DNA from: Candidatus Bathyarchaeota archaeon
GTDB lineage: Archaea > Thermoproteota > Bathyarchaeia > TCS64
Direction: 5' to 3'
DNA: 42,647 bases
NCBI GenBank assembly: GCA_043826455.1
Contig: JBDRQD010000043.1
Location: 1 to 42,647 of the forward strand
A program made the translations under genes and the position numbers. Below the pieces are notes generated by a model that was not told where the DNA came from, made no database searches, and saw only the letters and a program-made list of their open reading frames with translations. Position 1 is the stretch's first letter, and the number at the start of each line of letters is the position of its first letter. This document shows, one piece after another, positions 1 to 7,134 of the stretch.

Positions 1-117
1 ATGCCTTATATCAATAGGTTCAATATCCCCATAATATGGCTTAAATTTATTAGAATGATTTTGCCCCCAATTGAATATGGCTTTCTTAATAGTAGAATGA
101 ATATCACTTTCTGGCAT
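1..117 (-). CDS. N-terminus of a hypothetical protein running off the window edge, possibly CoiA-like/PD-(D/E)XK nuclease
   Basis: Manual translation from ATG at 117: MPESDIHSTIKKAIFNWGQNHSNKFKPYYGDIEPIDIRH, open to the edge; the ES-x-x-H-x-x-x-K start resembles CoiA-type nuclease domains; overlaps the stop of the 104-292 ORF. Confidence 0.5.
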   Translation of the reverse strand, partial: MPESDIHSTIKKAIFNWGQNHSNKFKPYYGDIEPIDIRH

Positions 118-292
118 TTTTTTTGCCCTTCTTTATGGTCACATTTTTCTTTCTTTTCTTTACAGTTATATTTTTCTTTGTATCCTTTACAGGTTTTCTG
201 GCAGTAAACGTAATTTTCTTCTTTTTTCCACGTTCAGTAGTTGCCCAAAACGATACTGTTTCTTTTTTATATTTGACCATAATTGGATACAT
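104..292 (-). CDS. Small Lys-rich basic protein (62 aa), possible nucleic-acid binder
   Basis: ORF track; very basic; 14-nt overlap with the downstream ORF suggests an operon. Confidence 0.55.
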   Translation of the reverse strand: MYPIMVKYKKETVSFWATTERGKKKKITFTARKPVKDTKKNITVKKRKKNVTIKKGKKNARK

Positions 293-480
293 ATAAACTA
301 ATGTAAAAATAAGGTTTTCCCCTTTTTAAAAAAAATTAGAGTATTAACATTCTTCTCTAACTAATTCGCCACAACTCAAATGAAACACTGTGCAATAAGA
401 CTTTATTTTCTTTTTACAGGCCATTAAATACTGCTAAGGCTGTAGTTAAACAAAACGCTAAGTCTAGATATTTTGGCCAT

Positions 481-570
481 TTACTGAGTCTCGATGATCC
501 GCTTGGCCCAGACCGCGGCCTGCTTTAGTTCGCCTTCTCTCAGGGGACCCTCCTCTCCAAGATCGATGAA
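481..570 (-). pseudogene. 3' remnant of a flavodoxin-like gene
   Basis: GC-rich patch in AT-rich DNA translating FIDLGEEGPLREGELKQAAVWAKRIIETQ*, like the flavodoxin C-terminal F-x-V-x-G-x-EGPL-x-x-GE-L-x-x-A-x-x-WA; in-frame TAA immediately upstream. Confidence 0.6.
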
Positions 571-678
571 TTACCAAAAATATGTAACTAGGGGGGATAA
601 TAATTCTAAAGGGCGGTAGTTCAAATTTATCTTATATTTTAAATAAAGAATAAATTGAAGTAATAGAACATAGAAGAT

Positions 679-1845
679 ATGCCTAATATTCTTTATCAGA
701 TACGAGCATCAATTAAGGAAACTAAAAATTTTTTTTCAATTCATGACTCTGAAAATGATGATCTTACTGTGTATGCAATTAATTTTCTTAATTCACAAAC
801 ATATGGTGAACTTGAAACAAATGCGACAGAGTTCATGAACAAAATCCTGGAAATCCATGGAAAAATAAATTCAGTTGGAGGCCCAGCTCTGACATTAAAT
901 ATGATCGAATTACACGATCCTAAGATTAGAGATGAGCATAGGCTTCATTTTGTGCATTTAATAAACGTCTTTCTGCTTGGGCTTTACATCTACCATTCAA
1001 TGAAACAGGTAAAAGAGGCAATTATTAATGATATTGTAAGTTCTCCAAATGAAATCCCTTCTAGAAATGGCTTGTTTAATTACTCTGGAGGAACAGAAGA
1101 AGGCGAGTTTCAATATAGGTGGCGATTAACAGCGATTGGGCATGATATCGGTTATCCTATAGAACTATCTAAAAATAGAATATGTAATTTGTTAGACTAT
1201 ATCAAGAAATTAGATAATGTTCAGCAAGATGTTACTGTTTTTTCAGATTTTGAAAGGTATAATGATTGGAATATATTTTCCGAAATAGACTCTTCTGTTA
1301 CATCAATAAATCTCCGAACCTATGCTTTATATCAAAAGACTCATCCAGCGCACCAGAAAATTTTCCATGATCATGGAATCTATGGAGCCAATCTATTTTT
1401 ACGATTAATGCACGAGTCATTCGATAAAGAACCATGCAGTATTAAACGTTTGAATAATTATACAATTATATTCGACTTAAAATTATTGCATCGTGGATTA
1501 AAGAAAATAGCACGAGCAATTGCTTTGCATAATTTGGATAGTTATGAGGATGCACTTAAAATCAGTCAAGTAGAAAACGATAGACTATACAAACTATATG
1601 GCGAATCGCTTGCTTGGTTATTAAAAATTTCAGATGAGTTACAAGAGTGGTATAAATTCCAGATAAATAATATCCCTCCGCGCAATATTCCATTACCTCC
1701 AGTCGAATTATCCATTGAATTACAACTGGATAAAATAATAGTCCATAATTTCCCAAAATCTGAGCGTGATATAAAGGAACTTTTAAAGAAATTTATGCGA
1801 TATTATTCACCTTCAAATCTAATCCAATTTGATAATGTCGATTAA
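679..1845 (+). CDS. HD-domain metal-dependent phosphohydrolase (HD-CE-like)
   Basis: Motifs HFVHLINVFLLG, AIGHDIGYP, HDHGIYGA, AIALHN, LLKISDELQEW; AT-rich. Confidence 0.8.
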   Translation: MPNILYQIRASIKETKNFFSIHDSENDDLTVYAINFLNSQTYGELETNATEFMNKILEIHGKINSVGGPALTLNMIELHDPKIRDEHRLHFVHLINVFLLGLYIYHSMKQVKEAIINDIVSSPNEIPSRNGLFNYSGGTEEGEFQYRWRLTAIGHDIGYPIELSKNRICNLLDYIKKLDNVQQDVTVFSDFERYNDWNIFSEIDSSVTSINLRTYALYQKTHPAHQKIFHDHGIYGANLFLRLMHESFDKEPCSIKRLNNYTIIFDLKLLHRGLKKIARAIALHNLDSYEDALKISQVENDRLYKLYGESLAWLLKISDELQEWYKFQINNIPPRNIPLPPVELSIELQLDKIIVHNFPKSERDIKELLKKFMRYYSPSNLIQFDNVD

Positions 1846-2091
1846 ATATATTACACATATTTTTAATTCTTAGTTGCATCAGAGCCCAAAAAATAGACAA
1901 TTTTCCGAAAATAATTATGGAGAGTGACTTATTGGCTGAAATGGGCTCAAAAACTCCCCCAAGGTCGGTAGCTCAAATCTACCCCCCAATACCACTAATC
2001 TACCGACCACTTATGAGGGCCTCGTCAAGATACTGTGCGCCACACATTACGAACCTTTTTATCTATAATATATATAAAAACATAAACGTAA

Positions 2092-3060
2092 ATGAAGGTC
2101 AACGTCTCCGTAATAGGCTGCGGAATATGGGGCAGAAACCACGCACGAGTATTCTCAGAGCTACCCCACGCCACAATGAAGTCAGTGGTGGATCTCGACA
2201 AGAACAGTGCCAAACATGTTGCAGACAAGTATCACGTACAGAACTGCAACGACCCCGACCATGCCTTCAGCGACCCCGAGATCGACGCAGTGACCATCTG
2301 CACCCCCACCGTAACCCACGCAGACCTAGCCCTCAAAGCCATCGAGGCCGGGAAACACGTCCTCGTGGAGAAGCCCATGACCAACGACATCGACGAGGCC
2401 AAGATGCTCATCAAGGCAGCCAAGAGGAACGGCGTCCACCTGGCCGTCGGCTTCGTGGAGCGCTTCAACCCCGCCGTACGGGAGGCCATGAGAGTGGTCA
2501 ACGAGGGGGAGATAGGGCGGGTCATCCTCGCCCACACGCGGCGGGTCAGCCGGTGGCCCGTAAGGATAGGAGACGTGGGCGTCATCAAGGACCTGGCTAT
2601 TCACGACATCGACATAGTGAACAAGTTCTTCGGGGTCGAGGCTGGCGCCATATTCTGCAACGCCGGGAGCATCCAGCACGCCTTCGAGGACTACGCCAAC
2701 ATAGTCATGTGCCTACCGGGGAAGCGAGCCGCCTTCATAGAGACCAACTGGCTGACCCCCAGGAAGATAAGGACCCTGACCATAACCGGGACCGAGGGCA
2801 TCATCAACGTGGAGTACATCGGGCAGACCATGAGCATAGAGAACAAGAAGCACATATACCAGCCCTTCATCGAGACCGCAGAGCCCCTGAGACTGGAGCT
2901 GGAGAGCTTCATCAACTCCATAGTCAGCGACACCCCGCAGGAGGTCACCGGAGAGGACGGGCTCCGAGCCCTGAAGGTGTGCGAGGCTGCCATAGAGTCC
3001 GCCCGCATCGGCAGGCCCGTGGTGAACAACCTGGACACGTGCGAGTACGTCTACATATAG
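2092..3060 (+). CDS. Gfo/Idh/MocA oxidoreductase, probable UDP-GlcNAc(A) 3-dehydrogenase (WbpB/WlbA/GnnA-like)
   Basis: Rossmann GCGIWG, HVLVEKP, VGFVERFNP, DLAIHDID; sugar-nucleotide cluster context. Confidence 0.9.
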   Translation: MKVNVSVIGCGIWGRNHARVFSELPHATMKSVVDLDKNSAKHVADKYHVQNCNDPDHAFSDPEIDAVTICTPTVTHADLALKAIEAGKHVLVEKPMTNDIDEAKMLIKAAKRNGVHLAVGFVERFNPAVREAMRVVNEGEIGRVILAHTRRVSRWPVRIGDVGVIKDLAIHDIDIVNKFFGVEAGAIFCNAGSIQHAFEDYANIVMCLPGKRAAFIETNWLTPRKIRTLTITGTEGIINVEYIGQTMSIENKKHIYQPFIETAEPLRLELESFINSIVSDTPQEVTGEDGLRALKVCEAAIESARIGRPVVNNLDTCEYVYI

Positions 3061-3072
3061 GAGATCGAGACC

Positions 3073-4428
3073 TTGACGCGGCTGGTGGTTGTGGGCATGG
3101 GCTACGTGGGCATCCCCTCAGCGGCCCTCTTCGCAGATGTTCCAGGTTTCAGCGTTACAGGCGTCCAGAGACGGACCAGGCGCTCAGGCTGGAAGATCGA
3201 GTGCCTGAACCAGGGCGGGTGCCCCATAGAGGGGGACGAGCCGGGCCTGGCGGAGCTCATAGGTAGAGTGGTGAGTAAGGGGACCCTCCGGGTCACCGAC
3301 GACGCATCCGTCTACGGCGACGCCGACATCATCCTCATCGACGTGCAGACCCCCGTGGACACGGACCACGTCCCCAGGTACGAGTCCCTCCGGGAGATAT
3401 CAGAGGAGGTTGGGCGCAGGATGAAGCCGGGCGCCATGGTCGGCGTAGAGTCCACGGTGGCCCCCGGCACAACACAGCACATCGTCAAGCCCATCCTGGA
3501 GGAGGCCTCAGGGATGCTGGCAGGCCACGACTTCAACCTAATCTATAGCTACGAGCGCGTCACGGTGGGCAGGCTACTCCACAACCTAGTCAACATGCCC
3601 AGGGTCGTGGGCGGGTACACCCCCGGGTGCGCCAAAAGGGGCGCCGAACTGTACAGAAACATAGTCCAGGTCGAGGTCTACGAGACCGACTGCCTCACCG
3701 CCGAGATAGCCAAGGTGGCCGAGAACGCTTATCGGGACGTCAACATAGCCTTCGCCAACGAGGTGGCCCTCATATGCGAGTCCCTGGGGGCCGATGTCTA
3801 TCAGGTGCGGAGGCTGGTGAACAGCTTGCCCCACGACCCCCGGGACCCCTCCAAGAACCCGTACAGGCTGATGATGGTCCCTGGCGCCGGCGTGGGGGGC
3901 CACTGCCTCCCCAAGGACTCGTGGCTCCTCAAGTACGGGGCGGACACCTACGGCAAGAAAAGGGTCAGCCCCTGGGTCATTCTGAGCAGCCGCTTGGTAA
4001 ACGACTACATGCCCACCCACATGCTGGGCCTCATAAAGGACGGGCTGGAGGAGAATGGCCTCAAGCTGGGGGACGCCCGGGTAGCGGTTCTAGGCTACGC
4101 CTTCCTGGAGAACTCGGACGACGCCCGCAGCACCCCCGCCCACCCCCTCTACGTGGAGCTGAAAAAGGTCAGCGGTGAGGTGGTGGTCCACGACCCCCAC
4201 GTGAAGGAGGCCGAGGGCGTCAACCTTACCCGAGACCTGGCCTCGGCGGTGGAGGGCAAGGACTGCGTCGCGGTGGTCACAGGGCACCGGGAGTACCATG
4301 GCCTGGACCTGGAGTGGCTGAGGGGCATGATGAGGACGCCGGTGATCGTGGACGGCCGCAACGTCTTCAGCCCAGCGGATGCCAAGAGAGCCGGGTTCAC
4401 CTTCCGCGGAGTCGGCGTAGGCTCCTAG
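3073..4428 (+). CDS. Nucleotide-sugar 6-dehydrogenase (WbpA/WecC family)
   Basis: GMGYVG, ESTVAPG, AKVAENAYRDVNIAFANE, catalytic GVGGHCLPKD; GGAG before a TTG start. Confidence 0.93.
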   Translation: MTRLVVVGMGYVGIPSAALFADVPGFSVTGVQRRTRRSGWKIECLNQGGCPIEGDEPGLAELIGRVVSKGTLRVTDDASVYGDADIILIDVQTPVDTDHVPRYESLREISEEVGRRMKPGAMVGVESTVAPGTTQHIVKPILEEASGMLAGHDFNLIYSYERVTVGRLLHNLVNMPRVVGGYTPGCAKRGAELYRNIVQVEVYETDCLTAEIAKVAENAYRDVNIAFANEVALICESLGADVYQVRRLVNSLPHDPRDPSKNPYRLMMVPGAGVGGHCLPKDSWLLKYGADTYGKKRVSPWVILSSRLVNDYMPTHMLGLIKDGLEENGLKLGDARVAVLGYAFLENSDDARSTPAHPLYVELKKVSGEVVVHDPHVKEAEGVNLTRDLASAVEGKDCVAVVTGHREYHGLDLEWLRGMMRTPVIVDGRNVFSPADAKRAGFTFRGVGVGS

Positions 4429-4440
4429 CCGTCACCCTGG

Positions 4441-4599
4441 TCACTGGGGCTTCCTGTAGTTCTTGCCCGGCTCCTTCTTGGCGTCCAGGGTGAGCTCATG
4501 GTTGTAGCACTCCACGCACAGCTCCCCCTTGAGGGGGATGTAGCCCGCGAAGAAGGACAGGGGCTTGCTGCACATTTTACAGTGTCTCATGCTGTCCAT
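4441..4599 (-). CDS. Zinc-finger microprotein (52 aa, two CxxC), not in the ORF track
   Basis: MDSMRHCKMCSKPLSFFAGYIPLKGELCVECYNHELTLDAKKEPGKNYRKPQ*; GC3-rich codons; AT-rich promoter-like region upstream (about 4610-4710). Confidence 0.75.
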   Translation of the reverse strand: MDSMRHCKMCSKPLSFFAGYIPLKGELCVECYNHELTLDAKKEPGKNYRKPQ

Positions 4600-4733
4600 C
4601 GCACCCCAATCATGATTGTATCAAATATTTAAAATTATATGAAAGTCTATAACTCTGGCCTGGGCGCTGGATTATAATGTTTAGTGTAATGGAAACGTAT
4701 TAAATCCATGTTCGACGCAGTACATCCGAGTGT

Positions 4734-5891
4734 GTGCGAATGGATGTTCTAGCTTCAAAGGGAGGCAAGGCGGCTTCCCCGAAAAGGATCAGCATAGCCA
4801 AGCCCATCATCAGCCCGGGCGTCCTCGGCGAGATAAAGGACGTACTGGAGTCGGGGCAGCTGCGGCAGGGGCGGAGGGTCAGGGAGTTCGAGGCCCTGTT
4901 CGCCGAGAAGGTGGGGGCCAGGCACGCCTACGCGGTGTGCAACGGGACGGCCGCCCTCCACGTGGCCTACCTCTCGGCGGTGAGGCCCGGCGACGAGGTA
5001 CTAGTCCCCAGCTTCACGTTCCTGGCCACAGCCAGCATGGTCTACTACAGCATGGCGAGGCCGGTGTTCGCCGACATAGACCCTGAGACCTATCTCATCG
5101 ACCTGGAGGACGTGAAGGAGAAGATCACGCCGAGGACCCGGGCCGTGGTGCCGGTGCACCTCTTCGGTAACGCGGCGGACATCCGAGGCCTCCAGGACCT
5201 GTGCGAGGACCACGGCCTAACACTAATCCACGACTCGGCTCAGGCCCACGGCACACGGTACGACGGAAGGGACGTGGGGGGCATCGGCGACCTGGGCTGC
5301 TACAGCTTCTACCCCTCCAAGACGCTGACCACGGGGGAGGGGGGCATGGTGACCACCGACGACGAGGGACTGTACCGGAGGGGCGTCCTCCTCAGGGCCC
5401 ACGGGGACGACGGAAGATACCACCACATAATGATGGGCTTCAACTACAGGCTCACGGAGTTGGCCGCCGTCCTGGGCCTGGACCAGATGAGGCAGTTCGA
5501 CGGGTTCCTGAAGCGGCGGAGGAGGTGCGGCGAGTACCTGAGGCGGGAGATAGGCAGGGTAGAAGGGCTTCACCCTCAGAAGGTCACCCCGAAGGTGGAC
5601 CACAGCTACAGCTACTTCAGCCTAACCATGGACCCTGACAGGTTCAGGTGCACCAGGGACCAGTTCCTGGAGGCCCTGACGGCGGAGAACATCGAGTGCG
5701 CTGTCCACTACCCCGCGCCTCTCACGGAGCAGCCCGCCGTGAAGGAGCTGCTGGACCCGGCGCCGTGCCCGGTCTCGGAGGCGGTCTCTGAGAGGATATT
5801 CAGCCTGCCCATGCACCCCGCCTTGACGGACGAGGACCTGGAGCGTATCGTGGCTGGGGTGGAGAAGGTGGCCGGCTACTACCTGAAGTAG
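4734..5891 (+). CDS. DegT/DnrJ/EryC1/StrS PLP aminotransferase (WbpE/WlbC-like)
   Basis: NGTAALH, PVHLFG, DSAQAHG, SFYPSKTLTTGEGG (PLP lysine), GFNYRL; true start may be ATG at 4740. Confidence 0.93.
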   Translation: MRMDVLASKGGKAASPKRISIAKPIISPGVLGEIKDVLESGQLRQGRRVREFEALFAEKVGARHAYAVCNGTAALHVAYLSAVRPGDEVLVPSFTFLATASMVYYSMARPVFADIDPETYLIDLEDVKEKITPRTRAVVPVHLFGNAADIRGLQDLCEDHGLTLIHDSAQAHGTRYDGRDVGGIGDLGCYSFYPSKTLTTGEGGMVTTDDEGLYRRGVLLRAHGDDGRYHHIMMGFNYRLTELAAVLGLDQMRQFDGFLKRRRRCGEYLRREIGRVEGLHPQKVTPKVDHSYSYFSLTMDPDRFRCTRDQFLEALTAENIECAVHYPAPLTEQPAVKELLDPAPCPVSEAVSERIFSLPMHPALTDEDLERIVAGVEKVAGYYLK

Positions 5892-5897
5892 CCCCCG

Positions 5898-6398
5898 TCA
5901 GCCTCTGCCTGACTCCCAGTCCCGCTTCTTCGCCAGGTAATCCTCTTTGCCGTACCTGGCCTTGGCCGGGTTGCCGTAGACCACCGTGTCGGGTGGCACG
6001 TCCTGGGTAACCACGGAGCCCATGCCCACCACGGAGCGGGCGCCCACGGTTATGCCCGGCCTCAGGACGGCCCCGGCGCATATGGTGGCGTCGTCCTCAA
6101 CGGTGACGCCCACCATCCTGTCCGACATGGGGTAGGGGTCGTTGGTGAATATTACGCCGGGCCCTATGAAGACCCTGCTGCCGATACGGGTGAGGGGCGG
6201 TATGTAGGCCATGCCCTCGATCTTACAATCTGAGCCAATTTTAACGTTGTAATCAACGTGAACAAGGGACCCTATCTTGGTGTTGTCCCCTATCTCCGTT
6301 TCGTCGCCGATGTAGGTGAAGTGCCAGACGCGGACGTTTTCACCCAGTTTAACGTTTCTTCCTATGTGCTGAGTCACGTTCGACGTGGGATAATACAT
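5898..6398 (-). CDS. Hexapeptide-repeat (left-handed beta-helix) N-acetyltransferase, WbpD/WlbB-like
   Basis: Hexapeptide repeats, VWHF, FIGPGVIFTNDPYP, VYGNPA. Confidence 0.9.
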   Translation of the reverse strand: MYYPTSNVTQHIGRNVKLGENVRVWHFTYIGDETEIGDNTKIGSLVHVDYNVKIGSDCKIEGMAYIPPLTRIGSRVFIGPGVIFTNDPYPMSDRMVGVTVEDDATICAGAVLRPGITVGARSVVGMGSVVTQDVPPDTVVYGNPAKARYGKEDYLAKKRDWESGRG

Positions 6399-6497
6399 GT
6401 TTTAAATCCATATTACAGTAACTATATAAAACATCTCATTAATTTGTGATGAAAGTAACAGACATAAAGTTAATCAATGGCAATGTGAAGTTTTATT

Positions 6498-6698
6498 GTG
6501 AGTTACTTGAATAAGTTCGACAAGTGTGAGCTTGAGCCTAACATCCTGTGCGACATGGAGTACAACTGCCTCAACTGCGCCAAACAGGAGAACCGGTGGG
6601 CCGAGATATGGATCAAGGGGCCGGCGAAGATAGTTGAGGCGGAGGCGGACGAGAAGTCAGAGGTGCGGGTGCCCGCCAAGAGCCTGTCCACACGCTAG
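6498..6698 (+). CDS. Small Cys-containing hypothetical protein (66 aa)
   Basis: ORF track; C-x6-C-x5-CxxC; GC3-biased codons; TATA-like sequence upstream. Confidence 0.6.
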   Translation: MSYLNKFDKCELEPNILCDMEYNCLNCAKQENRWAEIWIKGPAKIVEAEADEKSEVRVPAKSLSTR

Positions 6699-6819
6699 GA
6701 GACCCGTCTCAAGCCGTTTTTACGCCGATGATAGCCGGCGGCGCCGTCCGCGGACCATGAAAACTGTCAGCCCAGTCTACACACAAACCAACATAACCCG
6801 CTGCGGCGAAGTCAGCGTG

Positions 6820-7134
6820 ATGCATGTTCGCTGTAGAGCACTTTGTCGTATCGTTCTCACTGGGCTTGCTATTAGCGCTCCCGGTGTACTACTGGACGTC
6901 GACCACTGGTACTGCGTCGTCAAGGGGCTGGGTAACGCCAGATGGCTTCATTACAGTCTCGCGTCTGCTCCGGCTGTTCTTGTACTTCTCAGTGTCCTCT
7001 GGGGTCTTGTTGCTACTACATTTACGGTTGGATGGGGTGCTTTAGAGCCGGCGGTGGTGGAGGCCCCGGTGATCGAGTTTCCATTGCTGGGCTCGGGTGT
7101 CCGGGCCGCGGATGCTTCGCCCAGGGATGACTGA
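6820..7134 (+). CDS. Membrane protein, frame B of dual-coded locus: carries DxDH and RxxH motifs of YdjM-like metallohydrolases (104 aa)
   Basis: ATG at 6820 inside track ORF 6634..7134; IVLTGLAISAPGVLLDVDH...ARWLHYSL followed by a hydrophobic helix; GC3-rich codons in the centre and in the 7046-7134 tail. Confidence 0.6.
   Translation: MHVRCRALCRIVLTGLAISAPGVLLDVDHWYCVVKGLGNARWLHYSLASAPAVLVLLSVLWGLVATTFTVGWGALEPAVVEAPVIEFPLLGSGVRAADASPRDD
6824..7045 (+). CDS. Membrane protein, frame A of dual-coded locus: N-terminal His helix and C-terminal HxxxD helix (73 aa)
   Basis: MFAVEHFVVSFSLGLLLALP...GVLLLLHLRLDGVL; two hydrophobic helices corresponding to first and last YdjM motifs. Confidence 0.6.
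   Translation: MFAVEHFVVSFSLGLLLALPVYYWTSTTGTASSRGWVTPDGFITVSRLLRLFLYFSVSSGVLLLLHLRLDGVL

Noticed and set aside
1917..3266. 449-aa alternative-frame ORF over the oxidoreductase
   Set aside because: Arg/His/Gly-rich shadow of a GC3-biased gene; no motifs
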